Below, one piece after another: positions 27,292 to 36,056 of a stretch of DNA of 64,000 nucleotides. Source of the DNA: Phycisphaerae bacterium. Its GTDB lineage: Bacteria; Planctomycetota; Phycisphaerae; SM23-33. The stretch lies in the NCBI GenBank assembly GCA_039683615.1, contig JBDKRA010000042.1:4295-68294 (forward strand), in the 5' to 3' direction. A program made the position numbers and the translations under genes. The notes below the pieces were generated by a model. It saw only the letters and a program-made list of their open reading frames with translations. It searched no databases and was not told where the DNA came from. Positions within the stretch are counted from its first letter, which is position 1. Each line of letters starts with the position of its first letter.

Positions 27292-27513
27292 AAGCGGTAA
27301 TCGGGAGCCGGTAGCCCGTAGCCGGGGCGCCCTGTTGCGAGCACGACGATTGGCTGCTGAGGCCGGTGTTTCCTGTCTGGCGGATCTTTAGCTCTCGGTT
27401 CCCATTTTCGAAGCAGATCGTTGCCGTTATCCGGTCACGGGCATATCATCTGCACAGTTGCATATGTCTGTTTGCCGGATCGGCTTTTCATCGACCATCA
27501 AAGGAGCACCGCA

Positions 27514-29715
27514 ATGACACATCGAACTTCTACGAGATGGGTACTGGCGGCAAACGTCGTTTTGGCGCTGGGCGCGGCGGCCTGGGCGGCCCCGCCGTCC
27601 ACCTATAACAAGAACGACGCGGTCTTTAAGGCCGGCAAGCTCGCTGCGACGACGGACAAGTTCGTCGGCCAGTACAACAACTTCAAGGAGCAGGGCACGC
27701 TGGAGAAGAAGTCGGACAGCACCGTGCGCGTCGTCGATCTGGCCGAGTCCATGTCCGGACAACTTTGGAACGTCATCGAGGCGTATCTGCAGGCCGTCCG
27801 GGACGGCTGGCCAGAGAGCGATCCGCAGCTCCTGGAGGTCAAGGCCAAGATCGAGGCCGCCCGCACGCAGATGGAAGCCTGCGGCATGTGGATGAGCTTT
27901 GCCTTTGGCGAGACGGCGATCCCCGAGGGGCGCCGGCTGGATTACATCCGCGGCCGGGCCTGGTATGCGGCCATCCTGGTCAAGAACGGCGAGGTCGACA
28001 AGGGCTCCGAGATGTTCAAGGAGGTCGACGGGGAAATTGCCCGCCTTCACAAGAAGGTTGCCGATGCAGTCGACCAGGGCGAGACCAGGAAAGTCACCGT
28101 CAAGCTCAAGGAAGCTCCGGCGTATCTGCGCACGATGGCCGAGGTCGACCGGTTCAAGAAAGAGGCCGCCCCGGGCCTGGCCAAAGTCAGCGCCGGACGC
28201 GAAGGCGTCGACAAGGATGCCAAAACGATCCTCGAGCACCAGAAGAAATTTGAAGACGTCTTCCGCCAGGTCGAGAGCCTGATGGGGTACGGTCAGATGG
28301 ACGAGCGGATCAAGCGGTACGAGCAGTTCCTGCCCAAACTCAAGGGTTTCGAGGCCGACGCGGCCGCGGTCAAGGCGTTCCTCAAGGAGTTCAGCGGCAA
28401 GTACGGCGCTAACTCGATGGACATCGACAACACGATGGCCAAGCTGCTCAACGCCCCGCTGAACTACGAGCGCGACCCCGGCAACGCCTACCGAGACCTG
28501 GACGAAGGGCTCAAGAAGATGGATGACGTTCGCCCGGCCGTGGCCAAAGTGCTGCTGGAGGAGATCCAGAACGCCATCAAGAACTTCCGCCAGTACAACG
28601 AGAAGATGCAGGACGACTTCTTCGCTCTGCAGAAGCAGCGCCTGACGCTGGCGGCTGACTACGACGCCGCCAACGCGACCGTGGCCGACATGCTCAAGAA
28701 TATCGACGCGACCAAGAAGTCGATCATCGAGAAGATCAACAAGGAGATCGATGCTGAGGTGTGGGATCCCAAGCACTCCGGCAAGTTCCAGGGCCCCGGC
28801 GACGCCAACTCGCTGTGCAGCAGTGCGGAGAAGTGGTTCAAGAGCAGCGAGTGGATGAACCAGTACTCGCTGGTGGCGATCCGCATCGCCGGCGACTGGC
28901 ATGCGGCCGAGAAGAATGCCCTGGGCATGCAGATCAACTGGGGCCTGCCAGTCGAGGTGGCGCTGTACTCGCACGAGGACCGCAAGGCCGGACGCGACGT
29001 GGTGAAATCGTTCTGGCTGTCGATGTACACGCACGACCTCAAGCAGGGTCCGCCGTGGAAGATCGCGGCCGTCGGCGACAACCGCTGGATGCGCACCGGA
29101 GCGTTCAAGGGCGCGGCGCTGACGGATGTGGCCGTCCGCGTTGGCGGCTCGGCCGGCGGGATGAGCGGTTCCAAGTCGCCATTCCTTCTCTTTCGCCTGG
29201 TGCTGAGCCTGACGCTGATCTGCCTGGGCATCCTCGCCGCCACGCCGCTGATAACCAAGTACGTCCCGGTCGCGGCCGCCACGCTGGCCAAGTTTGCCGG
29301 CCTCAAGACGCCGCTGGCGGTGATCGCCCTGGCCGCCGGCGCCGTGACGCTGCTGTGGAACCTGGTGCTGTTGCGCCCGCAGGCGGACCTGCTGCCCCAG
29401 GCGATCGCCATTATCACCGGACTGGTGTTCGGCGCCGAACTGCTCGTCCGCAAGCGCCTGGCTGCCGTGCCAGCCACGGCCGTGCCAGTCCCTGCCGATG
29501 GCGCCGCCCCCACCGTGGCCGCACAGAGCGGCGCCTCGCAGGCCGTCCACAAAGCCGCCGAAACCGCCACGCACGTAGCCGCCGCCGCGCAGGACCTGCT
29601 CATCCGCCACCAGGGCCAGATCAAAGCCCTGGAAAAATACCAGGTGCCCATGGGCGTAGCCTGCGTGGTGCTGGGCCTCCTGCACCTGATCTTTGCCGGC
29701 GCCGCGCTGCTCTAG
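27514..29715 (+). CDS. hypothetical protein: signal peptide, ~570-aa Lys/Glu-rich helical region, C-terminal multi-TM region
   Basis: ATG 27514 is preceded by AAGGAG. MTHRTSTRWVLAANVVLALGAAAWAAP. The C-terminal hydrophobic segments are FLLFRLVLSLTLICLGILAA, LAVIALAAGAVTLLWNLVLL, AIAIITGLVFGAELLV and GVACVVLGLLHLIFAGAALL. No family recognised. Confidence 0.7.
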   Translation: MTHRTSTRWVLAANVVLALGAAAWAAPPSTYNKNDAVFKAGKLAATTDKFVGQYNNFKEQGTLEKKSDSTVRVVDLAESMSGQLWNVIEAYLQAVRDGWPESDPQLLEVKAKIEAARTQMEACGMWMSFAFGETAIPEGRRLDYIRGRAWYAAILVKNGEVDKGSEMFKEVDGEIARLHKKVADAVDQGETRKVTVKLKEAPAYLRTMAEVDRFKKEAAPGLAKVSAGREGVDKDAKTILEHQKKFEDVFRQVESLMGYGQMDERIKRYEQFLPKLKGFEADAAAVKAFLKEFSGKYGANSMDIDNTMAKLLNAPLNYERDPGNAYRDLDEGLKKMDDVRPAVAKVLLEEIQNAIKNFRQYNEKMQDDFFALQKQRLTLAADYDAANATVADMLKNIDATKKSIIEKINKEIDAEVWDPKHSGKFQGPGDANSLCSSAEKWFKSSEWMNQYSLVAIRIAGDWHAAEKNALGMQINWGLPVEVALYSHEDRKAGRDVVKSFWLSMYTHDLKQGPPWKIAAVGDNRWMRTGAFKGAALTDVAVRVGGSAGGMSGSKSPFLLFRLVLSLTLICLGILAATPLITKYVPVAAATLAKFAGLKTPLAVIALAAGAVTLLWNLVLLRPQADLLPQAIAIITGLVFGAELLVRKRLAAVPATAVPVPADGAAPTVAAQSGASQAVHKAAETATHVAAAAQDLLIRHQGQIKALEKYQVPMGVACVVLGLLHLIFAGAALL

Positions 29716-29726
29716 CCACGATACGC

Positions 29727-29756
29727 GGACACGCACGACGGAGTTGTGCGTGGCAC
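29727..29756 (+). repeat. 30-nt hairpin element, copy 2
   Basis: ggacacgcacgacggagttgtgcgtggcac is 28/30 identical to 351-380. It lies 12 nt after the stop at 29715 and 68 nt before the GH127 start. Confidence 0.75.
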
Positions 29757-29772
29757 CCATCCTTCACATCGC

Positions 29773-29800
29773 TTGACAGGTGGCCTTGGGCTCGTAGGAT
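29773..29800 (+). promoter_or_regulatory. candidate sigma70-type promoter of the GH127-like gene
   Basis: TTGACA (29773-29778), a 16-nt spacer, then TAGGAT (29795-29800). ATAGGAG lies 7 nt before ATG 29824. Confidence 0.35.
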
Positions 29801-29823
29801 GGGCCAGCCGATAGGAGCATGCA

Positions 29824-31713
29824 ATGAATTCCCGCTTAGCCGCAGCCGCCAAGGTGCCTTTTGCCGTCAACACGTTTCCGCTTTCAGCTGTAAAGCTCTC
29901 CGAGGGGCCGCTACTGGCGCGGCAGCGCGTGCACCAGGGCTACATGCGGTCGATCGATCCCGAGCGGCTGCTGCACAACTTTCGCGTCACGGCTGGTCTG
30001 CCATCGACGGCTGAGCCGCTGGGCGGGTGGGAAGCCCCCGTCATCGGCGTGCGGGGGCATTACGTCGGGCACTATCTCTCGGCCTGCGCGTGGATGCACC
30101 AGAGCATGGCCGACGAGCAACTCAAGGACCGCGCGGCGTACCTGGTGGCCGAGATCGCCAAGTGCCAACATGCCCACGGCAACGGATACGTCGGGGCCTT
30201 CGGCACCGATTACCTCGAGCTGCAGGAGAGCGGCAAGTTCGCCTGGGCGCCATATTACGTGGTACACAAAATCCTCGCCGGGCTGATCGACCAGCACACC
30301 ACCTGCGGCACGGCGGGCGCCCTCGATGTTGCCTCCGCCTTGGCCGACCACGTGATCAAACGCCTCTCGCCGTTCACGCCCGAGCAGATCGACGCGATGA
30401 TGGTGACCACGCAGTGCCACCCGCTCAAGGAGTTCGGCGGCATTGGCGAGTCGCTCTACGACCTCTACGCACTCACCGGCGAGGGGCGCTACCTCAAGCT
30501 CGCTCGGGATGTCTTCGACCGGCCGTGGTTCCTCGAACCGTTGGCGCGCGGGCAGGACATCCTGGCGGGGCTGCACGTCAACACGCACGTGCCGATGATC
30601 GCTGCCGCGGTGCGGCGCTACGAGCTCACCGGCGACGAGATGGCCCGCCGGGCGGTGGAAAACTTCTGGCGCATCGTCACGCAAACGCGGTGCTACGTCG
30701 ACGGCGGGTCCAGCGGTCCGCGCCCCGGCGGCGGAAAGTCCGTCGCCGAGCACTGGGACTTCGCCGGCCGCCTGCTGCCGGGGCTCAACGGCAAGACCAA
30801 CGAAAGCTGCGTCACGCACAACCTGCTGAAGGTGACGGCCGCGCTGTACCGATGGACGGGCGATGTCGCCTGCGCGCACTATCACGAGCGGGCGTACTGG
30901 AACTCGGTGCTCACGCGGCAGAACCCCCAAAGCGGGATGTTCCTGTACTATCTCAACCTCGCCGCCCATTCGGCCAAGGAGTGGGGCGAGCCGATGAACA
31001 GCTTCACGTGCTGCTACGGGACCAACACCGAGGCCTTCGCCCGACTGGGCGACGGGGCGTACTTCCACGACGAGCACGGGCTGATCGTCAACGAGTACAT
31101 CGCCTCGCGCTTGGACTGGGCCGATCGCGGGTTGGCCCTCGAGCAGCAGACGGATTTCCCCAACGCCGACACGACGCGCCTGACATTCCATGCGGCCAAG
31201 CCGGTCGAGATGGCCCTGCGTCTGCGCATGCCGACATGGACCAGCAATCCCAGCGTCATCCTCAACGGCCAACTGACGTCCGCCGGACCCGCTGGAGACT
31301 ACTGCACCCTCAAGCGCACCTGGAGCCAGGGTGACACCGTCGAGCTTCGCCTGCCGATGCGCCTGCACACGCAAGGCCTGCCCGACGCGCCGGAAGTGGC
31401 GGCCGTGCTGTACGGGCCGATGGTGCTGGCCGCCTGCGCCGGCCACGACTTGTTCTACAGCGGCGAGCTCGAATCGTTGCCGCATCGCCTGGTGCATACG
31501 CCAGCCGAGGGCGAGCCGCTGACTTTCCAGCTCGACACCGTGCACGGGCCTGTCACATTCAAGCCGCTGGCGTCCGTCCTCGAAGGGCAATACGGCGTGT
31601 ACCTGCGCCCGCCCTTCGCCAGCGAATCGTGCGGCCTGTGCGGCTCATGGAAACGGCAAACCGCCGGCGCAATCCCGCAAACCTGGGAAGCGGCTCGCTG
31701 CCGGTTTAAGTGA
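29824..31713 (+). CDS. glycoside hydrolase family 127 (DUF1680, beta-L-arabinofuranosidase-type) protein
   Basis: ...VKLSEGPLLARQRVHQGYMRSIDPERLLHNFRVTAGL...GGWE...RGHYVGHYLSA... and ...GLHVNTHVPMI... are typical GH127 N-terminal and catalytic-region patterns. Confidence 0.85.
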   Translation: MNSRLAAAAKVPFAVNTFPLSAVKLSEGPLLARQRVHQGYMRSIDPERLLHNFRVTAGLPSTAEPLGGWEAPVIGVRGHYVGHYLSACAWMHQSMADEQLKDRAAYLVAEIAKCQHAHGNGYVGAFGTDYLELQESGKFAWAPYYVVHKILAGLIDQHTTCGTAGALDVASALADHVIKRLSPFTPEQIDAMMVTTQCHPLKEFGGIGESLYDLYALTGEGRYLKLARDVFDRPWFLEPLARGQDILAGLHVNTHVPMIAAAVRRYELTGDEMARRAVENFWRIVTQTRCYVDGGSSGPRPGGGKSVAEHWDFAGRLLPGLNGKTNESCVTHNLLKVTAALYRWTGDVACAHYHERAYWNSVLTRQNPQSGMFLYYLNLAAHSAKEWGEPMNSFTCCYGTNTEAFARLGDGAYFHDEHGLIVNEYIASRLDWADRGLALEQQTDFPNADTTRLTFHAAKPVEMALRLRMPTWTSNPSVILNGQLTSAGPAGDYCTLKRTWSQGDTVELRLPMRLHTQGLPDAPEVAAVLYGPMVLAACAGHDLFYSGELESLPHRLVHTPAEGEPLTFQLDTVHGPVTFKPLASVLEGQYGVYLRPPFASESCGLCGSWKRQTAGAIPQTWEAARCRFK

Positions 31714-31736
31714 CGGCGTACTGCTTTAGCCTGTAA

Positions 31737-31833
31737 GAGAACACGAATGTCACGAATGAGACGAATTGGGCTAAGAGTCCCCGTCTCTATGACTTGCTTC
31801 TATTGGTGACATTCGTGTTCGCATTGTGGTCGC
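31737..31833. repeat. CACGAATG-family composite element, full copy C (14-bp perfect inverted arms)
   Basis: AACACGAATGTCAC (31740-31753) is the exact reverse complement of GTGACATTCGTGTT (31806-31819), with a 52-nt spacer. It lies between the convergent stops at 31713 and 31854. Confidence 0.75.
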
Positions 31834-31853
31834 GCATGTGCCGAAAAATAAAG

Positions 31854-32693
31854 TCACGGCGCGGGGAGTTCTTCGGCGGGGCGGGATTCGCTGGCCAGAC
31901 GCTTGGGCAGTCGGCGGCGCACCAGGTCGTCCATCAGGGCCTCCGTCCAGTCCGGCGCCGCGACGACCGGGGCCACGTACGTGCTGACGAAATCGGTGGC
32001 ACTGCTGGACAGGTGCCCGCCGATGTTGCCTGTCAACGCCATCTCCTTGCGCCAGGCGATCTGAAACAGGCGCTCGTAGCCGCCGCCTTCGTCTTCCGCC
32101 GTGCCGCGCTTGAACCCGACAGCCCCGGCCGAGGCCGTGCGGCGCCCGTCCATCGTCCCCGCCAACGCCGTTCCGACCCCCACCAGCATGTCAAACTCGC
32201 TGTAGAAGTTTACGATCCCACGGCGGCTGTGCGTCAGGGCCGAGTCCAGCGGGTACGTCGGCGACAGGGCCGGAGCGATTAGCACGATCCCTTCGATCTG
32301 GGTGTCGGGGCTGAGCGACTCGGCCGTCCATATCGCTATCGCCGAACCGCCGCTGTGTCCGACGAGGAAGACCGGCCGGCCGGGGTGGTCGAGCTGATAC
32401 TCCTCGATGCGTGCGGCGAGTTTTTCCGCCTGGCGGCGGTTTCGCTCCTGGGCCTGCAGGTTGTACAGCGGCCCGGCCCAGCCGCTGGTCCAGGGGTAGA
32501 CCTCGATGGCGTAGTCGACGCCGCCGTGGTTGAGCCCGCGGGCGATGTCGTCGGTGAGCACGCTGCGCCCCTCGATGCCCGACAGCACGACCACCAGCCC
32601 CAACTCCTGCCGCGCCGGCGTCACGTATGGCTGCGAATTGCAGCCCCATGCCGCCACCGCCATCGCCAGAATGACCGTCCATCGAATGATCAT
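31854..32693 (-). CDS. lipoprotein, alpha/beta-hydrolase fold (GHSGG nucleophile elbow)
   Basis: MIIRWTVILAMAVAAWGC has a lipobox-like AAWG-C. ...VFLVGHSGGSAIAIW... Confidence 0.75.
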   Translation of the reverse strand: MIIRWTVILAMAVAAWGCNSQPYVTPARQELGLVVVLSGIEGRSVLTDDIARGLNHGGVDYAIEVYPWTSGWAGPLYNLQAQERNRRQAEKLAARIEEYQLDHPGRPVFLVGHSGGSAIAIWTAESLSPDTQIEGIVLIAPALSPTYPLDSALTHSRRGIVNFYSEFDMLVGVGTALAGTMDGRRTASAGAVGFKRGTAEDEGGGYERLFQIAWRKEMALTGNIGGHLSSSATDFVSTYVAPVVAAPDWTEALMDDLVRRRLPKRLASESRPAEELPAP

Positions 32694-32757
32694 AGTGAAA
32701 GATTATATTTCGGCCGATGCCGCATTGCTGCTGAAGTTGCTTTCTGCATACGAGAAC

Positions 32758-32817
32758 GGGGACAGTCGCGGGACTGTCCCCGTTGCAGGATCGTGTCGGG
32801 CGTCTCGCCCGCGACAC
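32758..32817 (-). terminator. hairpin pair immediately 3' of dnaK (candidate terminator)
   Basis: GGGGACAGTC-gcgg-GACTGTCCCC (32758-32781) is a perfect 10-bp stem. A GC-rich repeat-family hairpin gtgtcgggcgtctcgcccgcgacac lies at 32793-32817. The pair starts 5 nt after the dnaK stop. The U-tract is weak. Confidence 0.4.
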
Positions 32818-32821
32818 GGAG

Positions 32822-34756
32822 TTACTTCTCGTCTTTGACCTCGTATTCGGCGTCGATCACGTCTTCGCCGCCCTTGGTCTGTTTGCCTTCGCCGGCCGCT
32901 CCGGGGGGCGGAGTTTGCGCGCCGCCGGGGGCTGCACCGGCCGCGCCAGCCTTCTTGTACATCTCCTCGGCGACCTTGTGCGAGGCCTGCTCGAGCGCTT
33001 CGGTCGCGCGGGTAATGGCGCTCATGTCGTCGCCCTTGAGCGCCTCGCGCAGGCGCGAGATGGCCGACTCGATGTCGCCGCGCTCCTGGGCGCCGACCTT
33101 GTCGCCCATGTCCTTGAGACCCTTCTCGGCTGTGTAGGCGAGCTGGTCGCCCTTGTTCTTGGCCTCGATCAGCTCGCGTTTCTTGCGGTCGTCCTCGGCG
33201 TGGCTCTCGGCGTCCTTGCGCATCTTCTCGATCTCGGCGCTGGACAGGCCGCTGGAGCCCTTGATCTCGATCGAGTGCTCCTTGCCCGTGCCCAGGTCCT
33301 TGGCCACGACGTTGAGAATGCCGTTGGCGTCGATCTTGAAGGCCACCTCGATCTGCGGCACCCCGCGAGGCGCCGGCGGCAGCCCCGTCAGATTGAAGCG
33401 CCCCAGCGTGCGGTTGTCGGCCGCGAACTCGCGCTCGCCCTGCAGCACGTGGATGGTGACTTCCGGCTGATTGTCCGCGGCCGTCGAGAAGGTTTCCTTC
33501 TTTTCGGTCGGGATGGTGGTGTTGCGTTCGATGAGCTTGGTCATCACCCCGCCGAGGGTTTCGACGCCCAGCGACAGCGGCGTGACATCCAGCAGCACCA
33601 TCTGCTCCTCGACCTCGCCGCCCAGGATGGCGCCCTGGATGGCCGCGCCGATGGCCACCACCTCGTCGGGGTTGACCGACTTGTTGGGCTCCTTGCCGAA
33701 GAGTTCCTTGACGATCTGGCGCACGCGCGGGATGCGCGTCGAGCCGCCCACCAGCACGGCCTCGTCGACATCCTTGGCCGAGAGCTTGGCGTCCGACAGC
33801 GCCCGCTTGCACGGCCCGACCAGGCGCTGGAACAGCTCTTCGCACAGGCCTTCGAACTTCGCACGCGTCAGCGTCAGCGTCAGGTGCTTGGGCCCCTCGG
33901 CCGTGGCGGTGATGAACGGCAGGTTGATGTTGGCTTCCATCGCCGTCGAGAGTTCGCATTTGGCCTTTTCGGCGGCCTCTTTGAGCCGCTGCAGGGCCAT
34001 CGGGTCGTTGCGCAGGTCGATGCCCTCGTTGCGGCGGAACTCGTCGGCGATGAAGTGGATCAGGACCTCGTCGATGTCGTCGCCCCCCAGGTGCGTGTCG
34101 CCGTTGGTGCTGAGGACTTCAAAGACGTTGTCGCCGATGTCCAGGATCGAGATGTCGAACGTGCCGCCGCCGAAGTCGAAGACGGCGACCTTCTCGTTCT
34201 TCTTCTTGTCCAGCCCGTACGCCAGGGCAGCCGCGGTCGGCTCGTTGATGATGCGCTCGACCTTGAGCCCGGCGATCTCGCCGGCTTCCTTGGTGGCCGT
34301 GCGCTGCGAGTCGTTAAAGTACGCCGGAACGGTGATGACGGCGCGTTTGACTTCCTGGCCGAGGTAGTCCTCAGCCGTCTTCTTCAGGTCGCCCAGGATC
34401 ATCGAGCTGATTTCCTGCGGCGTGTAGAGCTTGCCGGCGACCTTGACCTTGACCAGGTCTTCGGCCCCGCCGACGATCTCGTACGGCACCATCTTTTCTT
34501 CCGACGCCACTTCGTTGTGCCGGCGGCCCATGAAACGCTTGATCGAGTAGATGGTGTTGGTCGGGTTGGTGACCTGCTGGTGCTTGGCGGGCTGGCCGAC
34601 CAGCCGCTCGCCCTTGTCGGTAAAGGCCACCACCGACGGCGTAAGGCGGCTGCCCTGCTGGTTGATCAGCACCTTGGGCTCTTTGCCCTCGAGGATCGCC
34701 ACCACGCTGTTGGTCGTGCCCAGGTCGATTCCAATAATCTTGTCAGTTGCTGCCAT
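32822..34756 (-). CDS. dnaK: molecular chaperone DnaK (Hsp70)
   Basis: [28 protein letters not shown], ...[12 protein letters not shown]... 644 aa. No grpE or dnaJ adjacent. Confidence 0.97.
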   Translation of the reverse strand: MAATDKIIGIDLGTTNSVVAILEGKEPKVLINQQGSRLTPSVVAFTDKGERLVGQPAKHQQVTNPTNTIYSIKRFMGRRHNEVASEEKMVPYEIVGGAEDLVKVKVAGKLYTPQEISSMILGDLKKTAEDYLGQEVKRAVITVPAYFNDSQRTATKEAGEIAGLKVERIINEPTAAALAYGLDKKKNEKVAVFDFGGGTFDISILDIGDNVFEVLSTNGDTHLGGDDIDEVLIHFIADEFRRNEGIDLRNDPMALQRLKEAAEKAKCELSTAMEANINLPFITATAEGPKHLTLTLTRAKFEGLCEELFQRLVGPCKRALSDAKLSAKDVDEAVLVGGSTRIPRVRQIVKELFGKEPNKSVNPDEVVAIGAAIQGAILGGEVEEQMVLLDVTPLSLGVETLGGVMTKLIERNTTIPTEKKETFSTAADNQPEVTIHVLQGEREFAADNRTLGRFNLTGLPPAPRGVPQIEVAFKIDANGILNVVAKDLGTGKEHSIEIKGSSGLSSAEIEKMRKDAESHAEDDRKKRELIEAKNKGDQLAYTAEKGLKDMGDKVGAQERGDIESAISRLREALKGDDMSAITRATEALEQASHKVAEEMYKKAGAAGAAPGGAQTPPPGAAGEGKQTKGGEDVIDAEYEVKDEK

Positions 34757-34943
34757 GATTTCACCTCGTCAATTAATGGGTCCCCGCATGGGCTGCGCAG
34801 GAAGTCCCTCTGAAGCTTATGCAATCACGATGCCACAGATTTAACCCAGTCCGTTTCAAGTAGTTACAGAACGATCACTACCGTCCGGACGTGCCATTTC
34901 GACCGCCTCAGCAGTCCGCGGGGCTGGCTTTGGCAGGCTTCTG

Positions 34944-34961
34944 CAATCTCCAATTCCAACC
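34944..34961 (-). repeat. AATTGGA-heptad family, short copy
   Basis: The plus strand caatctccaattccaacc is the reverse complement of GGTTGGAATTGGAGATTG. It lies in the spacer between the dnaK start and the upstream stop. Confidence 0.4.
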
Positions 34962-34985
34962 TGGTGAACGACGGGGCCTGGGACA

Positions 34986-35774
34986 TCAGGCCTCAGGCCC
35001 GCCCAGTGGAAGCGGCGACAGGGCATCGATCCCGTCGCAGGCGCTCTTGAGAAAGCATGCCAGCAGAATGAAGTAGGCGAGGTGGCACAAGCCCGCCATC
35101 AATACGGCTATGCCACCTGCAGCGGCGGCTTCGGGCGTTTCGGCGGATATCAACGCCGCGGCAAGCACCACCAGAAGAAGGCTGGCAGCCCACACGATCA
35201 CCACACTGTTGCCCAAGGCTCGAGACGCCGGGCGCGACGGGGCCCCGGTCGCCGCCAACCGCCGGTTGTACCACAGGCACCAGCCGCCATGGGTGCGAAA
35301 AGCCCAGTACACGTTGAATAGCGGCATCAGCATGAATCCCACAGCCGCTCCGGGCGTGATCTCGGCTGGCTGCACCGCCCGCCACATTCGGTACAGGACG
35401 ATCAGGTACAGCACCAACGCCGCTGCATATGCAACCGCGAGCAGAATCATTATCAACCCTGCGGCAAGAAATAGGCCGTCGAACGGCTGCCTGCCGAAGA
35501 TACTCAACAGCGACGAGATGAAGATTAGTCCAACGATGGCGATGATCAGGCTTCCGCAGAGGAGGTACGCACGATAGCATCCGCGGGCGACCTTGTCGGG
35601 CGCGCCGCAAGGGTGCAATGGCTGCCGGACCCCAGGAAGCGGCGGCGGCGATGAGCCGTCCGCCGGCGCTGCCACGATGAAGACCTCGCGACAATCCGGG
35701 CATCGGCCCTGCTTGCCTGCAAGCGAATCATCCGAAGTCAACCGCAACCCGCACTTGGGACAGACGACGATCAT
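34986..35774 (-). CDS. zinc-ribbon membrane protein (possibly DUF4328-like)
   Basis: Internal ATG (cat 35772-35774): MIVVCPKCGLRLTSDDSLAGKQGRCPDCREVF (CxxC...CxxC ribbon), followed by 4-5 TM helices. Confidence 0.7.
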   Translation of the reverse strand: MIVVCPKCGLRLTSDDSLAGKQGRCPDCREVFIVAAPADGSSPPPLPGVRQPLHPCGAPDKVARGCYRAYLLCGSLIIAIVGLIFISSLLSIFGRQPFDGLFLAAGLIMILLAVAYAAALVLYLIVLYRMWRAVQPAEITPGAAVGFMLMPLFNVYWAFRTHGGWCLWYNRRLAATGAPSRPASRALGNSVVIVWAASLLLVVLAAALISAETPEAAAAGGIAVLMAGLCHLAYFILLACFLKSACDGIDALSPLPLGGPEA

Positions 35775-35891
35775 GTGCTTGCTCCCATGTCTGAAGAAAT
35801 CATGCCGCGGCACGGCTGGAAAAGTGTACCCAAACACATGGGCGCGCACCAGCGCTGGCCCAGACGGGCGGGGGCAGCCTATAATCCCGGC

Positions 35892-36020
35892 ATGCTTACG
35901 GTCTACCCTATCGGCACGACGCTCTACAAGCCCGACCGCTGCTGCAACGGGTACACGATCCTCTGGGGCGAGTTCGACATTCGTGAGCGATGGAAGGCCG
36001 AACGGCCGCGGAGTTGTTGA
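35892..36020 (+). pseudogene. 42-codon ORF fragment, possibly the N-terminus of a disrupted arylsulfotransferase-like gene
   Basis: MLTVYPIGTTLYKPDRCCNGYTILWGEF resembles the N-terminal x(15-20)-GYT(L/I)(F/L) pattern I recall for ASST-type proteins. From codon 29 on (DIRERWKAERPRSC*) the sequence is a CACGAATG-family arm (gacattcgtgag...cggagttgttga). The ASST assignment is weak. Confidence 0.3.
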
Positions 36021-36056
36021 ATTGGAAATTGAAAATCGCCAATTGGAAATTGAAAA
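36020..36056 (+). repeat. AATTGGA-heptad family: perfect 16-nt direct repeat AATTGGAAATTGAAAA x2 (21-nt period)
   Basis: Copies are at 36020-36035 and 36041-36056. The tract is AT-rich in a ~67% GC context. It encodes LEIENRQ/LEIEK at the 5' end of the sulfatase frame. Confidence 0.8.

Noticed and set aside
34757-34985. A heat-shock regulatory element (CIRCE, or a sigma32-type CTTGAAA...CCCCAT promoter) upstream of dnaK.
   Set aside because: CTTGAAA is present on the minus strand, but no acceptable -10 lies at the right spacing, and no TTAGCACTC-N9-GAGTGCTAA inverted repeat was found.
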